Source of the DNA: a virus
Taxonomy: Duplodnaviria; Caudoviricetes
IMG/VR virus record: IMGVR_UViG_3300002092_001784
Span: 64,001-128,000 of that record
Reading direction: 5' to 3' (one strand)
Length of the DNA stretch: 64,000 nucleotides
Shown: positions 32,700-40,352 of the stretch, one piece after another
How the letters are laid out: every line of letters starts with the position of its first letter
Numbering within the stretch: the first letter of the stretch is position 1
The notes under the pieces: model-generated
What the model was told of the DNA's origin: nothing
Database searches by the model: none
The model's input: the letters and a program-made list of their open reading frames with translations, nothing else
Made by a program: the position numbers and the translations under genes

Positions 32700-33395
32700 A
32701 TGGTAAAAAGTAGATTGTTTTTTGTTGGGATGCTGTTTAGTGCAGCAGTTTTGGTTACTTCTTGTGCATCGTTTCCTCAAGCAGAGTATGATGCCACAAA
32801 AGCAGCCGTTAGTGAAGTAAAAACTGTTGGTGCTGATGTGTATGTACCGGAGGCTTTCAAATCGTTGAATGATTCATTACAGAGTGCAGAACTTAAATTG
32901 AATGATGAAAAGGCGAAATGGTTTAAGACTTACAAAGATTCTAAAAAGAGTTTGGCAAGTGTAACCAACTTCGCAGCAGAAGTTAAAGCCAAAACTGAAT
33001 TTCGGAAAGCCGAATTGGTAAAAGAAAATCAGGCATTGGTTACTGAAATTAACGGATTGATTGCAACCAATGTTGAACTGTTAAAGGGAGCACCAAAGGG
33101 TAAAGGAGATGCTGAAATTCTTGTAGCAATTAAGACTGACATTTCAGTAGTTCAAACTTCCGTTACTGAAGCAAGTGGATTGAACACATCTGGTGATTTG
33201 CTTGGGGCAAACGGTAAACTGAAGGCAGCTAAGGAAAAGGCGTTAACAATTAAATCGGAATTGGAAACGGCAATTGAAAAGGCTAAACTTCGTAAGAAAG
33301 CCCACAAAACTGTTCACAAAAATCAACACCAATCCGTACATTCAGCAATCCATCACATCGCTCCAAAGGCATGGCGTAGGATTGTGGCGAAGTAA
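32700..33395 (+). CDS. Helical lipoprotein (DUF4398-like)
   Basis: Signal peptide with VTS/C lipobox; P.AE...A.AA...A.VY.PE pattern. Confidence 0.65.
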   Translation: MVKSRLFFVGMLFSAAVLVTSCASFPQAEYDATKAAVSEVKTVGADVYVPEAFKSLNDSLQSAELKLNDEKAKWFKTYKDSKKSLASVTNFAAEVKAKTEFRKAELVKENQALVTEINGLIATNVELLKGAPKGKGDAEILVAIKTDISVVQTSVTEASGLNTSGDLLGANGKLKAAKEKALTIKSELETAIEKAKLRKKAHKTVHKNQHQSVHSAIHHIAPKAWRRIVAK

Positions 33396-33428
33396 GGAAC
33401 TTCCACATTTATATATGTGGATTTAAGG

Positions 33429-33529
33429 AATTTGGTAGTAAATACGTCCGGCAGTTCCACTGTCTAAGCCGAAACGGTTATGGCACCTGAGACAGGATTA
33501 CGTTGTGGGTTCGAGTCCCACCCAAATTA
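33429..33529 (+). ncRNA. tRNA-like RNA (acceptor stem plus T arm, no anticodon arm)
   Basis: AATTTGG/CCAAATT-A; GTGGG-TTCGAGT-CCCAC; branched core. Confidence 0.65.
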
Positions 33530-33591
33530 CATTATAAATAATTAAACAATAAGTGTTATATCAGAAATAAAAATATGTAAAATTAACGAAT

Positions 33592-33849
33592 ATGAATGAA
33601 AAAATGGAAAAGAAAGATTTAATTATTACAGTATCAGGGCAATTTGCATCTGGTAAATCACGTTTAACATTCTTATTGAAGAAATTTTTACGTGACAATG
33701 GGTTTGATGTGGAATTTGATGGGAACATAGATCACCCAACAGAAAGTAATTTCGATAAACATATGAGTAAAAATTTTGATGAAGTGATTAACAGCATCAA
33801 AGAAACTAGAAAGATAACATTAAAAGAAGTGCAACTTGCTCGTGATTGA
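33592..33849 (+). CDS. Small P-loop-containing protein
   Basis: ITVSGQFASGKS. Confidence 0.55.
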   Translation: MNEKMEKKDLIITVSGQFASGKSRLTFLLKKFLRDNGFDVEFDGNIDHPTESNFDKHMSKNFDEVINSIKETRKITLKEVQLARD

Positions 33850-33944
33850 AAACGTGATTAAATTGCACATAACGGAACGCAATTTTACTTAGGAACAATG
33901 AACTCACTATCAGTTAGTTATACTCATAAATTTTAATTCAATCC

Positions 33945-34020
33945 TTAACAATTTCTTAACATTAAAAATTTGGAAAGTTGATGTAAATATCGTATCTTTA
34001 CTATGTAATCAATAAGAGAT
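33945..34020 (+). promoter_or_regulatory. Extended promoter
   Basis: TTAACA-N5-TTAACA, TTTG-N20-TATCTTTA. Confidence 0.75.
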
Positions 34021-34025
34021 ACGTT

Positions 34026-34448
34026 ATGAATAGACATTTGATTCCCTCCAGTTCGTTGGCCCCTGTTTTGAGTTCTGAAAAGAATAATAGTGGTGCTGAG
34101 TTTACGGTTGTTTCTAATAAAACCGGTAAGGATTACACTTACAAAATCGTTCGTTCGGAATACAACAATAAGTGGTTTACCCACGTGAAGGTTGAAACCG
34201 GCTATATGAAGTTTAAGAGATTGGGAACTTACTTTAATGGTAAGATTTTCAACAAAAGGGAGTTGGTTGAAACTCCATCGGCCGTTGCAATATCCTACAT
34301 TCTTAATAAAGTTGAGAAAGGTGATTTTGGTTCGTTGGATAAAAATGTGAAGGTAATGCATATTGGAAAGTGTTTGTGTTGTGGTAGACCACTCACTGAT
34401 GCTCACAGTATCGAAATCGGGTTGGGACCTGTTTGTGCTAATCATTAA
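34026..34448 (+). CDS. DUF6011-like zinc-finger protein
   Basis: CLCCGRPLTD..SI..GLGPVC. Confidence 0.75.
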   Translation: MNRHLIPSSSLAPVLSSEKNNSGAEFTVVSNKTGKDYTYKIVRSEYNNKWFTHVKVETGYMKFKRLGTYFNGKIFNKRELVETPSAVAISYILNKVEKGDFGSLDKNVKVMHIGKCLCCGRPLTDAHSIEIGLGPVCANH

Positions 34449-34467
34449 TAATCCGTAAACATAAATT

Positions 34468-34842
34468 ATGACAACGAAATTCATAAAAAATTATAAAAAT
34501 ACTTGGACTATAAAAAATCCAAAGATTAATATTTCCAAATCTGAGATTAGAGAAACGATTTCGGAAGTGGGAAAACGATTTGGTTATGATTACATACATG
34601 GAACTCCGGCCGATTGGGAATTTGAAGGGCCAGTTATTCCGGTTGAAATTGCTAATATGGAAGTTGAAGAATTTCTAAATGATAATTTCAAACCAATGGT
34701 GGAGGCAATTAAAAATCAATTTCAACTCATATCAGGTAAGCAGGTTTCTATAAGGGTAACTACCGATACTAAGAGTTGGAAAGAATACAATACAGTTGAA
34801 GTACATTATACAGTAGTCATTTTAGAACTTAAATTTAATTAA
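34468..34842 (+). CDS. Hypothetical protein
   Basis: 124 aa ORF. Confidence 0.55.
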   Translation: MTTKFIKNYKNTWTIKNPKINISKSEIRETISEVGKRFGYDYIHGTPADWEFEGPVIPVEIANMEVEEFLNDNFKPMVEAIKNQFQLISGKQVSIRVTTDTKSWKEYNTVEVHYTVVILELKFN

Positions 34843-34843
34843 G

Positions 34844-35431
34844 ATGGAATTACGAACACTGCTAGAAAATGAGTTGAGATCAAAATTACAGAATTTTGCT
34901 CTATCTGAATCGTATGGACATCGTGCTGTTGGGGATAAGTTAGAATCGGACACTGCGTATGTGGCCAGCCAACTATTTAATGTAGAATTTGGTAATCCTA
35001 CAAGTAAAAGATCAATAGAAGATTTTAGTGTATTGATAAAAAATACATTACACATGTATGATGTGAAAACTCACTATATACAATCAACTGCTGGGTTCTC
35101 AATGCCTAATTTAATTTCAGTTAAACGATTAAAAAATGTTTTAGAAAATAATTTACAATCACTATGTTATATATTCATTGATTATAAGAGAGAAAATGGA
35201 TGGGTGTTGATTGAAGATATTCATATTAAATATGTATGGGAGTTGGATTGGTCAATACTAACAATCGGCTCTTTGGGAAAGGGGCAGTTACAAATCAAAG
35301 ATGCTAATAAAAAACTAATTTTTACTACAATCGGTAAGGATGCTTGGTTTGAAATATTGAAATTGAAAGTGAAAGAATTTTACCGAAAAGAACTAAATAA
35401 AATACAAAAAGAGACATTAGTATGGCAATAA
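34844..35431 (+). CDS. Putative type II restriction endonuclease (PD-(D/E)xK, HincII-like)
   Basis: EDF...YDVKT...PNLIS..RL resembles the HincII-type core; overlaps a methyltransferase gene. Confidence 0.55.
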   Translation: MELRTLLENELRSKLQNFALSESYGHRAVGDKLESDTAYVASQLFNVEFGNPTSKRSIEDFSVLIKNTLHMYDVKTHYIQSTAGFSMPNLISVKRLKNVLENNLQSLCYIFIDYKRENGWVLIEDIHIKYVWELDWSILTIGSLGKGQLQIKDANKKLIFTTIGKDAWFEILKLKVKEFYRKELNKIQKETLVWQ

Positions 35432-36300
35432 GATATTTTAATGAAACATTTGAAAATTCGGTTAATTATATACAAAACGCTTCCGTAGATTTATTATTCT
35501 TAGACCCACCATACTATATCAGTGGAAACAAAAAAAATATAAATTTAGAAACCGGTGATAGAAGTGATTGGGACTCACAATGGGAAACTAAAGATGAATA
35601 TTATAATTGGATTGAAACTGTACTAAAGTTAGGATATACTCAATTAAAAGATTATGGTTCTTTGTATTTGTGTATAAGTTGGCAACATTCTCCAATGTTT
35701 CATCTGTTGCTTGAAAAATGTGGATTTACAGTTCAAAACAGAATAACATGGAAACGAGATAAAGGTAGGGGTTCAAATAACAATTGGAAGTCTATGCATG
35801 AAGATGTTTTTTTTGCAACAAAGCATCCTAGCAAATACACATTCAATGTCAATGCGGTAATGATTGAAAAAAATGTAGTTGCCCCATATCGTAATACCGA
35901 TGGCTCTCCGAAGGATTGGTGGGTTGACGCCAATGGTAATAAAGTAAGATTGACATATCCGGGTAATATTTGGACAGATTTATGTGTACCGTATTGGAGT
36001 ATGAACGAAGTTAAAAGTTATGCAAAAACTAAAAAAACACCCAATAACTTATTTCAAAAACATAATACACAAAAACCAAAAGCTCTTGTGAAGCGATGTA
36101 TATTGGCAAGTACAAATGAGAATGATTTAGTTGTAGATTATTTTTCTGGTAGTGGAACTACTGCAATATCTTCTGAAGAACTAAATAGAAACTCAATTTC
36201 ATTTGAAATAAATAAAACATACATTGAAATATTAAAAACAAGAATTAATAACGAATTGCCAAATAATACTACAATAGATAATGATTTAACATTTTTTTAA
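35422..36300 (+). CDS. Beta-class N6-adenine/N4-cytosine DNA methyltransferase
   Basis: DPPY near the N-terminus, then HNTQKP and DYFSGSGTT near the C-terminus. Confidence 0.92.
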   Translation: MAIRYFNETFENSVNYIQNASVDLLFLDPPYYISGNKKNINLETGDRSDWDSQWETKDEYYNWIETVLKLGYTQLKDYGSLYLCISWQHSPMFHLLLEKCGFTVQNRITWKRDKGRGSNNNWKSMHEDVFFATKHPSKYTFNVNAVMIEKNVVAPYRNTDGSPKDWWVDANGNKVRLTYPGNIWTDLCVPYWSMNEVKSYAKTKKTPNNLFQKHNTQKPKALVKRCILASTNENDLVVDYFSGSGTTAISSEELNRNSISFEINKTYIEILKTRINNELPNNTTIDNDLTFF

Positions 36301-36357
36301 CATTAAAAATTTGGAAATACCAAATAAAAGTTGTATATTTGTAATGTAGTTCTTTGA
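36286..36357 (+). promoter_or_regulatory. Extended promoter plus boxA-like site heading the ncRNA region
   Basis: TTAACA repeat, TTTG-N20-TATATTTG, GTTCTTTGA at 36349. Confidence 0.8.
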
Positions 36358-36367
36358 GAAGATAATT

Positions 36368-36469
36368 GGTCGGGTGGCGAAATTGGTAGACGAATAATCT
36401 CTTACATATAGAGATAAGAATAAGGCTGCAAGGCAGTACTTCATGCAGGTTCGAGTCCTGCCCTGATCA
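36368..36469 (+). ncRNA. tRNA-Leu-like RNA with non-canonical anticodon region (copy 1)
   Basis: GGTCGGG/CCTGATC-A, D arm TGGCGAAATTGGTAGACG, T arm GCAGG-TTCGAGT-CCTGC. Confidence 0.7.
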
Positions 36470-36475
36470 CAAAAT

Positions 36476-36865
36476 AAATTCGTAACCGATAGCAGGTGGG
36501 CAGTAGGGCTATCCGAATTAAAACAAATGGTATAACGATGAAATGATCAACTCGAGATAAGATCAGAGTAGTATGAAAGTAAACGAAGCCCGTGGTATCA
36601 ATCAAACACCTCTACGTGGTGATGCTAGAAATCCAGAAATGGAGCTAAGTTTGAACAGTTCAGTTAAAAAAAGTAAGATGGTTAAAGTTAGTCCAAGCTT
36701 TAACATTAGTGTTCAATGGATTAGAAAGGGAAATCTGTAATCAGTCGTAATGGGCTATGAGCTTACGTCTAATCGCTAATATTTAATCATCGTGACCCTA
36801 ATCTTATTATTCCTATAATTTAATTGATGGAGTATGAACGTTAGTTCAGTAATAAGAAAGGGTTC
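36476..36865 (+). ncRNA. Unassigned structured RNA A
   Basis: No long ORF; helices GATAGC/GCTATC, ACGATGA/TCATCGT and ACCCT..CTTATTA/TAATAAG..AGGGT. Confidence 0.55.
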
Positions 36866-36872
36866 TAATATT

Positions 36873-36996
36873 GATCAGGTGGCGGAATTGGTAGACGCTT
36901 ACAATATGATAAGGTGAACGAGAGGAGAACCGATAAGAATCAACCGCTTTTATATTATTCAGCTTCACTTAGCAGGTTCGAATCCTGCCCTGATCA
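36873..36996 (+). ncRNA. tRNA-Leu-like RNA with a 73-nt insert replacing the anticodon and variable arms (copy 2)
   Basis: GATCAGG/CCTGATC-A, D arm TGGCGGAATTGGTAGACGC, T arm GCAGG-TTCGAAT-CCTGC. Confidence 0.7.
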
Positions 36997-37001
36997 CATA
37001 A

Positions 37002-37065
37002 TCGACCATAAGAGGATTGGTAATGAGGAACACATTACAAGTGGTTGACAGCTCGGAAAGACGGC
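37002..37065 (+). ncRNA. Small two-hairpin motif with GACAG..GGAAAGAC (possibly Flavo-1-like)
   Basis: TCGACCAT/GTGGTTGA followed by CAGCTCGGAAAGACGGC; second copy at 40353. Confidence 0.4.
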
Positions 37066-37085
37066 ATTTGTTCTTTGAAAAAATA

Positions 37086-37660
37086 AACTCTTCTGCTTGA
37101 AGCAAAGCAATCTTAAAGACATCCATAACCACCATAAGAACGTTTGTTGGGTTAATAAGATAGATCATAGCAGTGATCGTTGTTTTGTGGAGAGATGATA
37201 TAACGTTTTATCAATTCCAATCTGCAATTGGACAGAAGAGTTTTTAAAATAGAAAGAGGAGACTGGGTTATATTTGATAATGGAGGCAATTCCTGGATAT
37301 ATCACACTCCTCTAAATAAACAGGCTAAACATTGAATCCTGATGTGAATTACTGCCCGTAGGGTTAATTTATAGGTACTGATATTGTGCCCTTAATTCAC
37401 ATAAAGATGTACACAGTAATGTGTAACGTGTTGTTCCCTTGAGAAAGGAATAGTTTATGTTCAGAGACAGAGGGTGTACCTTGAGTACCGACTCTCACCA
37501 ACACGAATGAGTTCTCAGCAAAAATGATTAATAAGGAACGAAGCAATCCCTTAATATACATAGTGAGGTATAGTTAATCATTGTGACCCTACTCTTATCA
37601 GTAGTTTAAGAAACTATCGCTCTGTTTTTTACAGGATGGAAAGGATTGATAGACAAGAGG
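37086..37660 (+). ncRNA. Unassigned multi-domain structured RNA B (about 570 nt)
   Basis: Follows a boxA-like site; helices AAACTCTTCTG/CAGAAGAGTTT, GAGGAG/CTCCTC, ATGTGAATTA/TAATTCACAT, CGTGTTG/CAACACG, AATGATTAA/TTAATCATT. Confidence 0.6.
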
Positions 37661-37696
37661 GTGCTAATAAATAAATTGAAAAAAGTACAAAATTAA

Positions 37697-37728
37697 TTTG
37701 GAAATGTGAAAAATTATTCGTATCTTTG
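37697..37728 (+). promoter_or_regulatory. Bacteroidota promoter upstream of tRNA-fMet
   Basis: TTTG-N20-TATCTTTG. Confidence 0.75.
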
Positions 37729-37772
37729 TATAAATTAAAAAACTATATACTTATATATATATTAAAACATAC

Positions 37773-37850
37773 AGCAGGATGGACTGGAGATGGTCCCAGC
37801 TCGGTCTCATAAGCCGAATCACACGAGTTCGAATCTCGTTCCTGCAACCA
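37773..37850 (+). tRNA. tRNA-Met(CAT), probably initiator
   Basis: TCGGT-CTCATAA-GCCGA; 1:72 mismatch; CCA encoded. Confidence 0.85.
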
Positions 37851-37922
37851 TTAAAAAATTGATTGAAGCCAGCACCTAATAAAACCGAGTGCGTGAATAA
37901 ATAAAAAGCCGGACATCAATTT

Positions 37923-37994
37923 TTAACATTTTTTAACTAAAAAAGATTTGGAAATTAAAAATATTTTTCGTATCTTTGTAGTATAGTTCTTTGA
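37923..37994 (+). promoter_or_regulatory. Promoter plus boxA-like site
   Basis: Partial TTAAC repeat, TTTG-N20-TATCTTTG, GTTCTTTGA at 37986. Confidence 0.75.
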
Positions 37995-38001
37995 GATGAT
38001 T

Positions 38002-38153
38002 ATTGAAACAAGCTGGAGCTTGTAATGTGAAAATTGAATTAATTTAGGGGTTCATAACTCCTTCATCCAGCGGTGCAATACCGTAGTAACATTCAATGTA
38101 ATGTGGTTAATATTCAGAATAAGCAGATGATGGTTCAATTCCATCTTTCAATA
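38002..38153 (+). ncRNA. tRNA-like-capped RNA (152 nt)
   Basis: ATTGAAA/TTTCAAT-A acceptor-like stem; GATGG-TTCAATT-CCATC T arm; inner GCTGGA/TCCAGC helix. Confidence 0.6.
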
Positions 38154-38180
38154 ATTATTTTTAATAAAATTACAAAAAGA

Positions 38181-38242
38181 TTTGGAAATGTGAAAAATTT
38201 TTCGTATCTTTGTAAAACAAAATTAAAACATACGTTCTTTAA
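38181..38242 (+). promoter_or_regulatory. Promoter plus boxA-like site upstream of the GOLLD-like RNA
   Basis: TTTG-N20-TATCTTTG; GTTCTTTAA at 38234. Confidence 0.75.
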
Positions 38243-38259
38243 TAGTATTTAAGATTTAA

Positions 38260-39135
38260 GAACTGAACAAAGCTTCGGCAGAGTGAAAGTTCAAGACGGC
38301 CGCCTATGGTCGTTAAATAAACTACGAAAGTAGGATAAAGTGAACCGGTGTGGTTTATACGGTTTGCGGTTTGATAATCGAAAGGTTGTTGAGCTCGAGT
38401 AGGCAATGGAAATATCATCGCTCCTTTAGTATTGAGGGTAACACTGTAAAGATGGTGGAGAGATGACTGGGCTAAGTAGATAGTCCGGTTGAGTTCGGAA
38501 GAACAATAAGAATAATTTCAAGGATTTATGCAAGAAATGGGAACTTAATCCCTTCTCACTATTGCGTGATTCAATATGAGAGTTGACTTAAAACCGAAAG
38601 GTAATGTAAGTATGGTGAATTGCCAGAATGTACAGGTGGTGCTGTTATTCCTTTCACTACAAAGTTTTACCAAAAGCTTTGAATACTTCAGTCCACTTAA
38701 AATGTGGTGTTAGGGATAACACATTGGGTAGTTTAGTATTCCGTTGTTCAAAAGGTAACGGAGCTGGTTGGCGAACCACTACCCGAATCCATCTACAAAC
38801 CAAAACTATTTGAAATATGGTTCAAAACTAAAAATCAAAAAGCAAAAGTGTTCGTCAGTTGCAAGCGAAAGGTGCGTACTTAGTAATGGGTTGTCCATTG
38901 CCATATGTAATAGCCAAAATCATATGATTCTAAGGAAAGACTTCTAACACCGCAAGTGCTAATCAGTTCGGCAGAATTGATGAGGTGTAATAGTTGGAGA
39001 GTAGTTTGTAACTCAAAGAGTGGTTCACTTAAATAACCCGCATTGAATCAATACCAGCCAAAAGCAGGTGGATAATAAGGGAAACAATAATCCTTATAAA
39101 GATGGTTCACATAAGCAAGTAATCTCATTGCAAAT
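38260..39135 (+). ncRNA. GOLLD-like giant ornate RNA (boundaries approximate)
   Basis: About 870 nt with no credible ORF; many GNRA and UUCG-type hairpins; 3' blocks GTTCAAAAGGTAACG, AAAGCAAAAGT..GCAAGCGAAAG, GAGTAGTTTG..GAGTGGTT and GGTGGATAA resemble GOLLD as I recall it; next to tRNAs. Confidence 0.75.
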
Positions 39136-39143
39136 AACAAAAC

Positions 39144-39212
39144 GCGGAAATCGTATAATGTAGTATCACAGGCCTCCAGCCTGTTGGTTGTGGACGATTC
39201 CACATTTCCGCT
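39144..39212 (+). tRNA. Atypical tRNA-Gly(TCC)
   Basis: GCGGAAA/TTTCCGC-T; loop CCTCCAG (C33); 6-nt T loop ACGATT. Confidence 0.6.
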
Positions 39213-39251
39213 CACTTAGTTATGGTTCTATTAATTAAAAACCAAAAATTT

Positions 39252-39319
39252 GCGGTTTAAGTGTTACGGTAGCACAGGAACATTCCAGTTTCAAGATGGG
39301 TTCGACTCCCAAAACCGCT
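39252..39319 (+). tRNA. Atypical tRNA-Gly(TCC)
   Basis: GCGGTTT/AAACCGC-T; GGAAC-ATTCCA-GTTTC with a 6-nt loop. Confidence 0.55.
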
Positions 39320-39355
39320 CTAAGATAAATTCAGTTCAGTAATGAACTAAAAATC

Positions 39356-39458
39356 TACGGTAGAAGTGGGTGATTGGGCGGGATACCTTAAATAAGATTC
39401 GCAACTTTCAAGTCCATTCGCTTTCACAATAGTAAATGTGAATATTGTGACTACCGTA
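39356..39458 (+). ncRNA. Unassigned three-way-junction RNA
   Basis: TACGGTAG/CTACCGTA closing stem; TCACAATA/TATTGTGA hairpin. Confidence 0.5.
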
Positions 39459-39496
39459 AAAATATTAAAAAAATAAAAACATAATACTTATATACA

Positions 39497-39622
39497 ATGA
39501 AAACCTTAGCATTACATACAAATTTGTTTAATTTACCACTCTATAAAAGCTGGTCGAATATTTGTGTGTTTAATTCAAGCATTCGCAAGAGTTCAGTTGA
39601 GGGAAGTAATTTATTTACGTGA
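39497..39622 (+). CDS. Leader peptide 1 (41 aa), candidate attenuator of the downstream tRNA array
   Basis: MKTLALHTNLFNLPLYKSWSNICVFNSSIRKSSVEGSNLFT; 39593-39603 is complementary to the terminator 5' arm. Confidence 0.7.
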   Translation: MKTLALHTNLFNLPLYKSWSNICVFNSSIRKSSVEGSNLFT

Positions 39623-39660
39623 CGTATTAGAAGATAAAAGAATACAAACTAACTAAATAG

Positions 39661-39694
39661 ACCCTCTACTGATAAACAAAGTAGGGGGTTTTTT
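39661..39694 (+). terminator. Attenuator terminator 1
   Basis: ACCCTCTACT/AGTAGGGGGT 10-bp stem followed by a T run. Confidence 0.85.
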
Positions 39695-39709
39695 CGTTTG
39701 TAACAATTT

Positions 39710-39780
39710 GTTTCTATGGTGAAATGGTATCACGACGGACTGTTAATCCGTGATTTATGGTTCGAGTCCATATGGGAACG
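39710..39780 (+). tRNA. tRNA-Asn(GTT)
   Basis: ACGGA-CTGTTAA-TCCGT; full cloverleaf. Confidence 0.92.
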
Positions 39781-39819
39781 CTAGAACAAAAGGTTCATTG
39801 AAATATTTGAGTTTGATTT

Positions 39820-39894
39820 GGGCATGTAGTTTAGCTGGTTGAAAATGTCTGGTTTACACCCAGAAGACCGTAGGTTCAAATCCTACCTTGCCTA
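39820..39894 (+). tRNA. tRNA-Val(TAC)
   Basis: TCTGG-TTTACAC-CCAGA. Confidence 0.9.
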
Positions 39895-39904
39895 CATATA
39901 ATAT

Positions 39905-39971
39905 GCCGACGAACAGGAATAAGCCGGGTCTGTAAAACCCTAGCTCGAGGTTTCGATCACCTCCGGCGGCA
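39905..39971 (+). tRNA. Truncated tRNA-Tyr(GTA) without a clear D stem or long variable arm
   Basis: GGGT-CTGTAAA-ACCC; T arm GAGGT-TTCGATC-ACCTC; 67 nt. Confidence 0.65.
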
Positions 39972-39976
39972 CAATT

Positions 39977-40049
39977 GGAGAAGAAGCTAACTTGGTAGAA
40001 GCACTGGTCTGAAAAATCAGAGGAATTGGATCGAAACCAATCTTTTCCA
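39977..40049 (+). tRNA. tRNA-Phe(GAA)
   Basis: CTGGT-CTGAAAA-ATCAG. Confidence 0.9.
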
Positions 40050-40076
40050 CAATCCAAAAAGGATTATATTAAAAAT

Positions 40077-40150
40077 GACTTCGTGGCCAAACTGGATAAG
40101 GCTTCTCACTTTTAATGAGAAAATTGTGAGTTCAAATCTCACCGGAGTCA
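40077..40150 (+). tRNA. tRNA-Lys(TTT)
   Basis: TCTCA-CTTTTAA-TGAGA. Confidence 0.92.
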
Positions 40151-40249
40151 CTAGGGAACGTGGGTGGTAATCTGACCGGATATAGGATTGGATGGGAAAC
40201 AGACAGGGAGCCTGCTGAAATTCTGTAAAGGGTTGGGAATTTATGTTAT

Positions 40250-40322
40250 GGTTCGGTAGACCAACGGTAGAGTCAGTAGTTTCAAAAGCTATAAAGTGTG
40301 GGTTCGAATCCCACTCGGACTA
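40250..40322 (+). tRNA. tRNA-Leu(CAA) with short variable loop
   Basis: GTAGT-TTCAAAA-GCTAT; A73. Confidence 0.82.
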
Positions 40323-40352
40323 CATTGGAATACATATTCGAACGAAGTGTAT

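Noticed and set aside
34844-36300. Assigning a GTTAAC/GTYRAC recognition site to the R-M pair
   Set aside because: The resemblance to HincII is motif-level only; such sites occur in the window and specificity cannot be inferred.
36368-36996. Intron-containing tRNA-Leu, or attL/attR duplication of an integrated element
   Set aside because: The inserts are too short for group I/II introns and show no bulge-helix-bulge; both copies have complete 5' halves; no integrase is nearby.
36476-37660. RNase P RNA, group I/II intron or retron
   Set aside because: No GAGGAAAGUCC-type core, no P7 or domain V signatures that I could recognise, and no reverse transcriptase in the window.
40151-40240. G-rich spacer between tRNA-Lys and tRNA-Leu
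   Set aside because: Only short local hairpins and no closing helix; not enough to call an RNA.
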